Shown here piece after piece: positions 48,943-59,857 of a stretch of DNA of 64,000 nucleotides. The notes under the pieces were generated by a model. The model was given only the letters and a program-made list of their open reading frames with translations, ran no database searches and was not told the origin of the DNA. Within the stretch, counting starts at the first letter, position 1. Every line of letters begins with the position of its first letter. A program made the position numbers and the translations under genes. The stretch comes from a virus: IMG/VR virus record IMGVR_UViG_3300032235_000776, positions 1-64,000 of that record; one strand, given 5' to 3'.

Positions 48943-51930
48943 ATGGCATCATTCGTACCACCTCAAGTAGATCATAATTTATATACACCAATTCTGCCAC
49001 AGGATAATGTGATGCAGATATTTAGTTTGTTGGATCAAAAGCAACAATTTTATAATCAAGGTGTTAAAGCAGCTCAGACTAAAATATCTTCAATGCTATC
49101 TCTGGAAAAAGATGTTACATCTGAACCAGTAAAAAACATGGTAACTGATTTTAATACTAAAGCAAATGATCTAATTAAACAATATTCAAATCTTGATTTT
49201 TCATTACAGGGTAATGTACAGTTAATTGATAATATCTACGATCCATTATTAGATAATGAAGTATTTTTAAATGATTACACTGCTACTAAAAATTATAATA
49301 CACAAGCTCAGAGAGCACTTAGTTACAAAGATTCAACAGATGAAAAAACCAGAAATCTTTTTAATCAAAAAAATCTTGACATACTAGATATTAAAAGACA
49401 AGATTTGGCAGGGGCAAAAACTGAAAAAGATATTAAAGTATATTCTGCTAGACTTGCAAATACTTCATATACACCATATTACGATTACAATGCTGAGTTA
49501 ATGGGATATATGAAAGATAACAAGGATATGTTTGAAATGGTAAGAGATGAAAGATCCGGGGGAGTTATAATAAGTCATAAAAATGGACCACAAAGATATG
49601 AGTCCCTTAAATCTTTTGTGGATACTTATCTATCTGATAAAGCCAGAAATCAAATTGAAATTGAAGAAAGTGTGAATTTTGCAAATTCATTAAGATCTTC
49701 AGGATTAACTAAAGAACAATTTTTAAATCAAACTATAACAAATTCCAAAGAGTCTTTAGAACAAGAAACTCTTCAAAAACAAAAAGAAGTTGATCAAGTT
49801 TCTGATTTATTAAAGTCTTATCCTAAAACTAATTTAAATACTAAACAACAAGCTGAAGTAAATCAGTTAAATGAAATGCTTCAAAAGAGAACTAGCCTAC
49901 TTGAAAAAAGTCAATCAGTACTTTCTAACTTTAATAACTTCATGCAAAAAGCTACAAATGGTGAAGTAGAATTATCTAGATATTATGATGTAGCAGAAAA
50001 TCTGGTAGTGACTGATAGTATAGAAAAGAAAATAAATAATCTGGCTTATGGTTTAGTTGGTCCGGAAAGTATTACTATAGCAAGTGATGTAGCATATTGG
50101 GAAGGTGTAAAAGAAAGTAGATTAATGAAAGATCTATTACATACAATTGATAATGATGCTATAAAAAATACTTTAGACGCTAAAAGATTACTTTTAGATG
50201 CAGCTAAAGAAGGATTAGTATGGGATCCTAAAACAGAAAGTTATTTACCATCTACATATGGAATTACTCAAAGTTTTTATGGAGCATCAACAGCTGAACA
50301 AGGTGTAATAACTCCAACAACAACAGACTCTTATAACTCTTCTTTAGAAGAGATAAATAATACTCAAAGAGATAATACTATAGAATCTACTATGAAAATA
50401 GTAGAGGCACAAGCTTTAGCAAAAAACACTCCTTTAAATAATAGTGAGTTATTATTATTAAGAAAAGTAATTACTGAAAATCCTTTAAATACTTCTATTG
50501 TAGAGTTGTATAAAAAATATGCTAATGATCAGAGTATAAGATCAGTGTTAACTAAATCAGGAATAGGCCAAACTAAATTCTTAAAAAATAATTTAGGTGG
50601 AGTTTTATCGGGATTAGTTACAGATGCTGAAAATTATGTAAAAAATACTAGTAGAGATCAATCTGGTAGTAACGCTGGTAATTATGATTTATTAAACAAA
50701 ACTTTATCAGATCATTCTATTAAATCTAAAATGATTGATATTGAAAAAACAATTTTAGTAGATGCATTAAAAAAAGATGTCGAAGAATTTGAAAAACAAT
50801 TTCCGGAATATAAAGGTAATTTAAAAGTTGATGAAAATGGAAAAATAGTTGTACTTGATGAAGATAAAGAAAACGATATAAATCCTATTTTATACTCTCC
50901 AACTCCAGCTTATGAATTAGCTAATACAGCTTTAAATTTTTTATTTCCAAAAATACCAAAAAATACAACTCAAAAATTTAACGAATTCTTAAAAACTCAA
51001 AAAGGAGCACTCGGTAATGTTGGAAAATATATGCAAAATACAATTGCTTCTGAACAAGGTACATTTGATTGGTTAGCTCAAAATAAACAACTATATCTTA
51101 ATAATCCGGAAAACTATCAATTAACTGAAGAAGAGTATAATATAAGTAACTATAAAAAAGATGCAGCAGCCTACTGGGACACTGAGTCTACAGAAAGAAA
51201 TGTATTAAATAGTATTCAAGATCAGTTTTTACAAAGTATTGGCGATGAAAGATTTAAACTTGGAAATAAAAACTTAATGTCTGTAGGTTCAAAAGTTATA
51301 GAAAGATCAGGATCTACAACTGTATACCCTACAATATCTTATTTAAGATATATTTTTGGATTAACAGATGCAGAAGGAAAAGCATTAGACATCGAAAGAA
51401 CTGGAATAGTAGATGATGATAGTTTTGATAAAATGCTGACTGCAGTTTCAAAATATGGTGTTACTATAAAAACCCCGGGAACTAAAAACAAAAATTCTTT
51501 AAATATGCAAACGTATTTAAATGCTGGAAATATAATAGATTTGTCAAAATCTAATGCAGGTTCAACTGTAGATTTTAAATTAGCACAATCTTCAAATAAA
51601 AATAGTTACGCAGTTGAAGGAAAATTTAAATCAGAAGATGACTTTTTCTTTGATAGATCATATTTTTATACTGCGGATCCAAATACTAACACTATAAAAC
51701 CTTATTCTTCACAAGCTAATTATTATAAATTTGATTTAGCTCCTGGACAGTTGGATGAAAGTATTATTCCACCACTTAACGAAGGAATTGATACTCAGTT
51801 ATTTTATAATCAAAAAAAGAATAATACAAATACAGTAAGTAATTTTATTAATTACTTAAAACAAAAAAATATATCTACTGATAAAATTAGTGGAGCAATA
51901 ATTATGGATTATTTAATTTCACTAAAATAA
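48943..51930 (+). CDS. putative cargo/ejection protein
   Basis: 995 aa helical protein before giant genes. Confidence 0.6.
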   Translation: MASFVPPQVDHNLYTPILPQDNVMQIFSLLDQKQQFYNQGVKAAQTKISSMLSLEKDVTSEPVKNMVTDFNTKANDLIKQYSNLDFSLQGNVQLIDNIYDPLLDNEVFLNDYTATKNYNTQAQRALSYKDSTDEKTRNLFNQKNLDILDIKRQDLAGAKTEKDIKVYSARLANTSYTPYYDYNAELMGYMKDNKDMFEMVRDERSGGVIISHKNGPQRYESLKSFVDTYLSDKARNQIEIEESVNFANSLRSSGLTKEQFLNQTITNSKESLEQETLQKQKEVDQVSDLLKSYPKTNLNTKQQAEVNQLNEMLQKRTSLLEKSQSVLSNFNNFMQKATNGEVELSRYYDVAENLVVTDSIEKKINNLAYGLVGPESITIASDVAYWEGVKESRLMKDLLHTIDNDAIKNTLDAKRLLLDAAKEGLVWDPKTESYLPSTYGITQSFYGASTAEQGVITPTTTDSYNSSLEEINNTQRDNTIESTMKIVEAQALAKNTPLNNSELLLLRKVITENPLNTSIVELYKKYANDQSIRSVLTKSGIGQTKFLKNNLGGVLSGLVTDAENYVKNTSRDQSGSNAGNYDLLNKTLSDHSIKSKMIDIEKTILVDALKKDVEEFEKQFPEYKGNLKVDENGKIVVLDEDKENDINPILYSPTPAYELANTALNFLFPKIPKNTTQKFNEFLKTQKGALGNVGKYMQNTIASEQGTFDWLAQNKQLYLNNPENYQLTEEEYNISNYKKDAAAYWDTESTERNVLNSIQDQFLQSIGDERFKLGNKNLMSVGSKVIERSGSTTVYPTISYLRYIFGLTDAEGKALDIERTGIVDDDSFDKMLTAVSKYGVTIKTPGTKNKNSLNMQTYLNAGNIIDLSKSNAGSTVDFKLAQSSNKNSYAVEGKFKSEDDFFFDRSYFYTADPNTNTIKPYSSQANYYKFDLAPGQLDESIIPPLNEGIDTQLFYNQKKNNTNTVSNFINYLKQKNISTDKISGAIIMDYLISLK

Positions 51931-51931
51931 A

Positions 51932-54900
51932 ATGGATTTTTTAGAATTACCAAAAAACAATTCAGGAATTGTAGAGTCAGCTGACAAAAAAGGTTTAGGG
52001 CTAAATGATATACTATCAAAACCTTTAACTAAAGAACAAATACTAAATAACCCTTATGCGGTTATACCTCTAAATAAAATAGAAGGGGTTGGTAGATATT
52101 TAAATTCAAGTACTTATAATAAATTAGGATTTTCATTTGATCCTGATTTAGATACTAAATATTACAAAGAAACTCCTTGGTATAAGCAAGTAGGTAATGC
52201 TACTGGCCAATTTTTTGGACAAGCTGGTGCTGCTTTTGATGCTCAATTCTCAAAATTAGAACAAATAAAGGAAACATTTGGAACTACTGATGGTGACTAC
52301 TTAAAAGATGCATTTCAAGCTTCTGAGGATTTAAGAGAGAAGTATCCCGTATTTAAATCTTCAAATGAAACTTATGGTATACTAGGTTATATTCCTTTTG
52401 TAGGAGATTCATTTTCAAAATGGACAAATTTTATTCCTAATTTAGGTTTTACTGCCGGTACATTAGGAGGTGTATTTTTAGAAAATGCAGTTGCAACTGC
52501 AATTATTGAAGCTACAACTGGTGGATTGGGTACACCATTAGCTACAAGTAAATGGGTAAAAGACTTATATAGTGGAATTAAATCTATTAAAAGTTTTAAT
52601 GACATTAAAAAAATGGCGACTTTCGCTAAGGTTGGAGAAGGAATATATGAAGCTGAAAAAGTATTAGGAAGTGCAGGTAATATTGTTAGGGGAGTAGAAG
52701 CAATTAAAGCAGGTAAATCTCTTAAAGGATCCTTACACTCTATATATGGAAGTTATCAATTATATTCATCTGCAGCTGCAGAAGCATTAATTGAAAATGC
52801 TAACTCAGTAGGTGAAGTTATGAAAGATTTTAAAACTGACTTCATTGATAAAAACGGAAGAGAACCAAATGGAGAAGAACTTGCAAGAATGCAAGAATCT
52901 GCAGAAGGTTTAATATTACCATCTTCACTTGGTAATATAGGTATTTTAATGGCCTCTAACGCATTACAAGAAATGAATGCGTTTAAAGCCGGTAAATCAT
53001 TATCATCATTTGCAATATCAGGTAGTGGTAAAGTTGGAGAAGCAGTTGGTAAAAAAGTAATATTTGATAAAACTACTGGGTTATATAGAGATAGATTAGC
53101 AAGTGAAATTACAAAGGGTAAATGGCTATCAGCTGGTAGATTTTTATTAGGAGTTGGTTCAGAAGGTTTAGAAGAATCTGCACAAGGAGTAGTAGCAGAG
53201 GCTACAAAGAATTATTTTAAAGCAAAGTATTATAATAAACCAATTGGTTGGACCGATGCTCTTGGACAAGGTTTTGCATATGCAGCATCTGATCAAGGTA
53301 TGGAAGAATTTTGGGCCGGTGTAGTAACAGGTGGATTATTTTCTGGAGGAGGTAAAGCAATTAATCAGTATCAATTTAGAAAAGATGAAAAAGCTTTATT
53401 TAAAAAAACTGGAAAAACAATTGATCAGTTAGCTCAAGATGAAAGAAAAGATCTTAATGAAGAAGTAATACCACTTTTAAAATATAGTTTAGCTACATCT
53501 CAATCTTCTGAAAATGTAAAAGTACAAACTGTTGTACAACAAAAAATGAATGAAGCCTATTCTCAAGGAAAACAACTTCAAGGAGATATATACAGAGGAC
53601 AAGGTTTAAATAAAGCAATGTTTACTGCTAAGTATTATGGAAAAGATCAAGAGTTATTAAATCACTACAAAGAGTTAAATAAACTTGAAAGAAGTGATTT
53701 AGCAAAGTATTTAAATGTAGAAGAAAATCAACTAGCTTCACCAGAAGAGTTTGAAGAAACTATAAAAGACCTAGAATTTTTATCAGCCAGTATAGATAGA
53801 GCAGCAAAAAAAGTACCTAACCCTGGAAAGAAAGTCAATATTTCAGATCCTAAATATGCAAATATGGATCCTAAAGAAATGCAAGAAGCTTACATAAAAG
53901 ACAGTGTAATGTTTGAAGCATGGCAAGGTGCTCAAGAATTATTGGTGGCTCAAGAGTTTCTTCTTTATAAAACAAAAAACAAATATAAAAATCTAAAATT
54001 AGATTTAGAATCTACTAATGTATCTTTAGATCTGTTAGCAGCTGTAATGTCTAGAGATGATGAGACTTCTGCTTTACAGAAAAAGTTATTTTTCTTACAA
54101 ACAAGGTTAGAAGAAACAGATGAAAAACTTAAGACGCAAAAAAACAAAAAAGAACTTAAAAATTTAAAAACTGATAAAGAAGAACTTACAAAAGAAATAG
54201 ATGAAATAAAGGAAAAAGTAAAAGGTGATCTTCCAAGTAATCCAACAATAAATTACATTACTGAATTAACAAAAAGAATACAAGAAAAAACTCAATCTTT
54301 ACAATCTCTTAAAGAAGCTGAAAAAACAAAAGATCCTTTATATACACAGTATTTAGAAGAAATAAGAAATCTACAAGAAGAATTTTTAATTGTAGCAGAT
54401 GAACGTTTAAGTCAAGAAGAAAAACTTACTAGAATTAATGAATTAAGACCAGACGATAAAAAGTTTAAATTTAACAGAGAGGACTTACTTAGAGAAAGTA
54501 ATGTAAATAATCTTAATGATGTAATTAATGCATTTGATCTTCTAGGTGAATTAAAAGAAACTATAGATTATTCTGAAGATGTAATTGGAAACCTTAGTTC
54601 TCCAGAAAAAATGCAAAAATATGGTGCATTAATGTTTGATAGAATCTATAGAGCTAGAAAAGAATTATTCAGTAATATATTAGCAGGAAAAACATCTGAA
54701 GATATAGAGGAAGAAGATGAAATTATATCTGAAACAGAAGTAAAAGAAAAAACTAAAGAAAAAAAGAAAGCCCCTTTTAAACCAGGTAATAAAGTTATTT
54801 ATCAGGAAAAAGAATATACTCTTGATAAAATAGAATTTAAAGATGGTGAAAGCACTTATATCTTAAAGGATGAAAAAGATAATGTAGTAAGAGTAACTGA

Positions 54901-57900
54901 TGCTAGTGAACTTAGTACGGTAGAGGATAAAGAAAAACTTTCAGATATAGAAAGTTTAGTTATTACAGAAGAAAATTATAATAATTGGAGTAATGTTAGA
55001 GATAGATCTGATTATGATGCTTTTGTAGAGCAAGTCAAATATACTCTAGGTCAATTTGATAAGGTACAAGATAAGTCTAAGATAACTCCAGAGACTGTAG
55101 AAGAAATGCTTTCATCAGTAAAAGCATTCTCTAATAAAGCAATTAGAGACAAAGTTATTCCTTTAATTGTTGCAAAGTATGGTGCAAAAGAAACTTCTGT
55201 AGAAGAAGAATTAGTCACTTTAGAAAAACAACCTATTGAGACTAAAGAAGAACTTTCTCAAGAAGAGAAAATGCATAATGAGATTTTGTCCGCTCTTGCA
55301 AATGCTTTAGATGAAGCAGCTTTTACTGGAGCAAGAAAGTTGACAGAAGAAGAAAAAGCACTTGAACAAGAAATTATAAAAACTATTCAAGCTAAATATG
55401 GAATAAAAGAAAAAACCCCAGAACAAAAACTTAACTTCTTAAATAATAACGAGGGAAGGGTAGTTAAAATAAATGGCATCCAAGGTGTACTTACAAAAGT
55501 AAATGAAAATCTTTTTGAATTAGAGACTCCTAATAGAATTTATGAATTAAGTCCGGAAGATATAAAAACTTTTGAGCAAGGTTCAAAACCAAAATCATTG
55601 GCTAAGTATAAAGTTAAGAATGTAACTGAAACTGAAGTAGTTGTAAATGATGTTAAGTACAAAATTAATACAGATACTAAAGGAAACATTATATCATTAT
55701 CTCCTGAAAACAAACCAACTCAGGAAATTAAAAATGAAAAATTATTAATTGCAGTAGAGATTGAAAGAAACAAAAAGAAAGTAGCAGATACTACTAAAAC
55801 AAATCAAAGAGTAGATAAATTAGAGAGTTTATATCCTACTTTAAATAAAATGCTGGATAAGATGTGGGATGTAAATATGACTGATACTATTGCAGTTGCT
55901 CTAGATAAGTTATATGACAATAAACCTATAACTGAATCTGAAGCATTACAAACTGCTATTTGGTTAAAAGATGTATTTGAAAGAATTGCAGAATTTATTA
56001 AACCAAGTAATACTAAAGAAGAAAATGATGTAATTCTAGAGGCCTATAACATAGCTGAGGGTATAAACTCTTTGCTTTATGATAATAATAATATTACAAC
56101 CAATTATGAAGAAAACAGTAAAACAGCAACAGATGTTGAAGAAGTTAAAAGTAATGTCTCTACCAAAAGAGATCCTTCAAGAAATCGACGCAAAAATAAA
56201 GTAGAAGAAACTACTGAAAAAGAAAAAGGACAGAAAGAAAAACTAATTGAATCCTTAAAACAAGCTAAGGAGTTAGTAAGTAAAATAAAAGACCTCAAGG
56301 TAGATCTTAAAGAAATATTTACACTTATTAAAAAGAGAAGCTATAATAGTTGGAAAAATAGTTTGGACTCTGATAAATTAACTTTGGATTTAGAAGACGT
56401 AGCTTTACCTTGGAATGACCAAGCTGCTAATGACATAGAAATAACTAAGTATTTAATAAACAGATACATAGAAACTGAGTTAAATATGTTAGGAGAATCT
56501 GGCTTAGGAGAAAAGAAAGAAGAAGAAGTTATTAAAACCGAACCTGGAAATTCTGGAAACTTAAATGTTTCAGATGCTTTAGAAACTTTAGATCCGGTAT
56601 CTAAAGAAGATGAAAAAGAACCTATAAAAACAAAGGAAGATTTTATCCTAGAGCTCGCTCAAAAAATTGCAGATAAAATAGGCCAAGGTAAAAAGTATAG
56701 ATTTACTAAAGTAGAAAAAGAATTCTATGAAAATAACAAGAATGAAATTAACTATTTAGTAGAGCAACTTACAAATCCGGTAATTGAATCAAAAGAAGAA
56801 GAAATAACTAAAGAATCATTTATAGATTTATTTAACAAGTTACTTTTAATCTCTGGAAAAAGCATAGATAAAGATAGTAACCCTATTTATAGTATTCTAA
56901 GAAGAATAAAATTTTCTATTGCAGACTCCTGGTTTAAATTTAAAACTAAAGAAGTATCTTATAACCTTAAGAAAGTATTAGAAAAATTATCAAAGACTTA
57001 TACTAATGTAACCTTTAATAACATTCCTAAGAAATACTTTTCAAAAGGAGAAGAAACACAAGGAGCAGAAACTTATGTAAATAGAATAGTAAATAAAAAT
57101 GTACAAAAAGAATATGATGAATTTAAATTATTTGAACATCAGCATTCTTTACATTTAGATATTACTAAAGAAAATACAGAAGCCATTATGAATATATTAA
57201 TGGACTTTGCAAATAACAATGATGTGTACATACTTATTGGTAGTGCTTACAATATTGCTCGTCCAGATAATATAAGAATTTATTCTAAAGGAGAAAAAAT
57301 CTCAACAGAAAAATTGGATGAGTTATTAAGTAGATTTACTACCCTAACAAGTAGCACAATAGATAATCCAGTTATTAATGATATTCAATATGAAAGACTA
57401 CCAAGTACTCAAGAATTAATTGATTTTTTAAAGACTGTAGATGAGGATATTAAAGAACAAATACTTAATTACTTAGGTCTTTATGAAAAAGACAGAGACT
57501 TTTTAAAGAAGGGATCCCGTAAAGACTATAAAAACGGACTATCATTAAACTCATTAGCATCTGCTAAAATACTAGTAAAAGCCTATAACAAGTTTAAACA
57601 AACCGGTAAACTTAATAATAGAGATATTATAGAACCAGTTATTAAACAACAACTTAAAAAAGCAGCTTTCTATGGTGAGGTATCTGATCTTTATAATGAG
57701 TTATTAAGTAATGACATATTTAAACAAATCAGTAATACTGACTACTTTAAATCTTTAGTAGAAGAAGCAAAAGCTAAAATGGATAAATTATCCGTGTTTA
57801 ATTTTGCAAATCGCACACTATCTATAGGCACTGTTCTTTATGATAAAGACAATGAATATACTATCATAGATAATACAATCCTTGGTAAAAATTTAACTGA

Positions 57901-59857
57901 CTTAAAAAATAAAGACCTTAAGTTTATTAAAGTATTAAAGCTAAGAAACAATCTAACAAAAGAAGAATCTTTTATAAATCAATTTGAATTTAAAAATAAT
58001 TATTCTACAGAACCAATTGTAGCTATTGCAAGTCCGGAAGATTTAAAGAAAGAAAAAGAAAATCAGTCACAAGAAGACGAATTCAATAGATTACCATTTG
58101 ATTTATTTACTACAATAAGTAATGATGATGATATCTTCTTTATACAAGCTGGAGCAAGAAGAGAAAGAAAAGAAGTAGTTGATGAGAATGCTGCAGTAGG
58201 AAGATTAGTAGTTCAAAGATTAGCAGAACAATATAGTACTGAATCAGATAATGATGCTAAAATAAAATTTGAAACTCCTTCTTATGATGACCCTGAATCT
58301 CCATTCTATTTACAGCCAGGTGTTTCAAATCCTAATGTACCGGAAAGAATACAAGAGTTTATACTAGAAAAACTTAATGGTAAGAAATTCAGTGAGTTAA
58401 GTCCCGAGGAATTAAAAGAAATAAAAACATTCTTTGGTAAAACAGGTGCCATGGTAGATAATGTAGGAAACTATATAACCTATGATAAAAATGGTTTCCC
58501 AAATAAAAATGGAATAATTCCAATGTTCTTTGTTCCTAAAGGAGAATTAAAAATATCAGGAGACAGTATTTCTTATGGTGGAAGAGAGTTAGTACCTATT
58601 TCTAAAATGAGTAAGAAATTAGATATGACAGAAGAAGAGGTTAAACAAAGAGCCAAAACACAAGCTGCTTTCTTAGATAAATTGCATTCAAATGAAAAGC
58701 CTGATTATATTACTATATCAAATATATCACAGGGAGTAAAGAACCCTGAAGATACTTTAACATATGAAGATGTAAAAAGATTTGATGAAGAATCAAAACT
58801 AAAATTTGAAATGTCCAGAACTAAAAAGGAAAAAGGACAAATCTATATGAATTTAAATGGAAGTACTACTAAATTAGAACAAAAAGCTATTGGAGAAGAT
58901 GTAGCTCTTGCTATACTTGCATATCTTGGAGTTGAAGATGGTTATTTCTTAAGTAGAGGATTTAAAGTTGGTAAAGGAATAAAATCTCGTTACTCTGAGT
59001 TATTGAAGAAGGTAAATAATGCAAGTAATAACTTAGAGAAATTTAAAGCCAAAAAAGAATATGTAGATTTCTTAAATAGAACCTTATTTACCGGTCTAAA
59101 AAACTTTAACGTATTATTTGATGTATATTTCATGATGGATAGTAATCCAGAAATCTTTGATGCTATTTCTTTAATGGATTATAACACAGATAAAACATCT
59201 AAAGAAGGTATTCCAAATTTATTTGAAATAGGTAATACTTGGAAAAGAGTAAATAATAATAAAAATAATGACGATTATTATTCGTATCTTGATACTGTGA
59301 CAAGTATGCTCTCAAAATTAGTTTTTGATACTAGCCCTGATTTTGTAGAATCAACTTATAATGATAACTTTGTAACTAAGAACGAGACATTAAACATTGA
59401 AAAAGTTTACGTAAAAGAATACCTAATGGAAAAATATTCAGTAAACGGAATCATTGTAAATGACTCTTTATTAAACTCAATGAATAGATATTTATATTTA
59501 AAACCACGTATAGACGAAGAGGTATTACCTACAGAACCAGTTAATTTTGAAGAACTAGATCTTGAATCAATGATCAATAGTCTAATAGATGCAGAAATGA
59601 AATCTGAGTTACCATCAAGAAAAGCTATTTCAAAAGAAGTAAAAACTTCTGCAAGAAATGAAGAATTACCTGCTACAGATGATTTTAAAAATAAAGCAAT
59701 GTCTGAAATTAGAAATGCATTAAAAGCAGTAAATGCTATATTACCAGAAGCAGAATCTAAAAAGATGAAGTCAGAAATTAAGAAGGCTAAGACTATGTCA
59801 GATGTAAACAAAATTAAAATGGAGATTTTTGAAAGATATAATTGTAAAATAAAATGA
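51932..59857 (+). CDS. giant virion-associated protein (2641 aa)
   Basis: Gly/Ala-rich membrane-like N-terminal region (SEGLEESAQG), long coiled coils. Confidence 0.65.
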   Translation: MDFLELPKNNSGIVESADKKGLGLNDILSKPLTKEQILNNPYAVIPLNKIEGVGRYLNSSTYNKLGFSFDPDLDTKYYKETPWYKQVGNATGQFFGQAGAAFDAQFSKLEQIKETFGTTDGDYLKDAFQASEDLREKYPVFKSSNETYGILGYIPFVGDSFSKWTNFIPNLGFTAGTLGGVFLENAVATAIIEATTGGLGTPLATSKWVKDLYSGIKSIKSFNDIKKMATFAKVGEGIYEAEKVLGSAGNIVRGVEAIKAGKSLKGSLHSIYGSYQLYSSAAAEALIENANSVGEVMKDFKTDFIDKNGREPNGEELARMQESAEGLILPSSLGNIGILMASNALQEMNAFKAGKSLSSFAISGSGKVGEAVGKKVIFDKTTGLYRDRLASEITKGKWLSAGRFLLGVGSEGLEESAQGVVAEATKNYFKAKYYNKPIGWTDALGQGFAYAASDQGMEEFWAGVVTGGLFSGGGKAINQYQFRKDEKALFKKTGKTIDQLAQDERKDLNEEVIPLLKYSLATSQSSENVKVQTVVQQKMNEAYSQGKQLQGDIYRGQGLNKAMFTAKYYGKDQELLNHYKELNKLERSDLAKYLNVEENQLASPEEFEETIKDLEFLSASIDRAAKKVPNPGKKVNISDPKYANMDPKEMQEAYIKDSVMFEAWQGAQELLVAQEFLLYKTKNKYKNLKLDLESTNVSLDLLAAVMSRDDETSALQKKLFFLQTRLEETDEKLKTQKNKKELKNLKTDKEELTKEIDEIKEKVKGDLPSNPTINYITELTKRIQEKTQSLQSLKEAEKTKDPLYTQYLEEIRNLQEEFLIVADERLSQEEKLTRINELRPDDKKFKFNREDLLRESNVNNLNDVINAFDLLGELKETIDYSEDVIGNLSSPEKMQKYGALMFDRIYRARKELFSNILAGKTSEDIEEEDEIISETEVKEKTKEKKKAPFKPGNKVIYQEKEYTLDKIEFKDGESTYILKDEKDNVVRVTDASELSTVEDKEKLSDIESLVITEENYNNWSNVRDRSDYDAFVEQVKYTLGQFDKVQDKSKITPETVEEMLSSVKAFSNKAIRDKVIPLIVAKYGAKETSVEEELVTLEKQPIETKEELSQEEKMHNEILSALANALDEAAFTGARKLTEEEKALEQEIIKTIQAKYGIKEKTPEQKLNFLNNNEGRVVKINGIQGVLTKVNENLFELETPNRIYELSPEDIKTFEQGSKPKSLAKYKVKNVTETEVVVNDVKYKINTDTKGNIISLSPENKPTQEIKNEKLLIAVEIERNKKKVADTTKTNQRVDKLESLYPTLNKMLDKMWDVNMTDTIAVALDKLYDNKPITESEALQTAIWLKDVFERIAEFIKPSNTKEENDVILEAYNIAEGINSLLYDNNNITTNYEENSKTATDVEEVKSNVSTKRDPSRNRRKNKVEETTEKEKGQKEKLIESLKQAKELVSKIKDLKVDLKEIFTLIKKRSYNSWKNSLDSDKLTLDLEDVALPWNDQAANDIEITKYLINRYIETELNMLGESGLGEKKEEEVIKTEPGNSGNLNVSDALETLDPVSKEDEKEPIKTKEDFILELAQKIADKIGQGKKYRFTKVEKEFYENNKNEINYLVEQLTNPVIESKEEEITKESFIDLFNKLLLISGKSIDKDSNPIYSILRRIKFSIADSWFKFKTKEVSYNLKKVLEKLSKTYTNVTFNNIPKKYFSKGEETQGAETYVNRIVNKNVQKEYDEFKLFEHQHSLHLDITKENTEAIMNILMDFANNNDVYILIGSAYNIARPDNIRIYSKGEKISTEKLDELLSRFTTLTSSTIDNPVINDIQYERLPSTQELIDFLKTVDEDIKEQILNYLGLYEKDRDFLKKGSRKDYKNGLSLNSLASAKILVKAYNKFKQTGKLNNRDIIEPVIKQQLKKAAFYGEVSDLYNELLSNDIFKQISNTDYFKSLVEEAKAKMDKLSVFNFANRTLSIGTVLYDKDNEYTIIDNTILGKNLTDLKNKDLKFIKVLKLRNNLTKEESFINQFEFKNNYSTEPIVAIASPEDLKKEKENQSQEDEFNRLPFDLFTTISNDDDIFFIQAGARRERKEVVDENAAVGRLVVQRLAEQYSTESDNDAKIKFETPSYDDPESPFYLQPGVSNPNVPERIQEFILEKLNGKKFSELSPEELKEIKTFFGKTGAMVDNVGNYITYDKNGFPNKNGIIPMFFVPKGELKISGDSISYGGRELVPISKMSKKLDMTEEEVKQRAKTQAAFLDKLHSNEKPDYITISNISQGVKNPEDTLTYEDVKRFDEESKLKFEMSRTKKEKGQIYMNLNGSTTKLEQKAIGEDVALAILAYLGVEDGYFLSRGFKVGKGIKSRYSELLKKVNNASNNLEKFKAKKEYVDFLNRTLFTGLKNFNVLFDVYFMMDSNPEIFDAISLMDYNTDKTSKEGIPNLFEIGNTWKRVNNNKNNDDYYSYLDTVTSMLSKLVFDTSPDFVESTYNDNFVTKNETLNIEKVYVKEYLMEKYSVNGIIVNDSLLNSMNRYLYLKPRIDEEVLPTEPVNFEELDLESMINSLIDAEMKSELPSRKAISKEVKTSARNEELPATDDFKNKAMSEIRNALKAVNAILPEAESKKMKSEIKKAKTMSDVNKIKMEIFERYNCKIK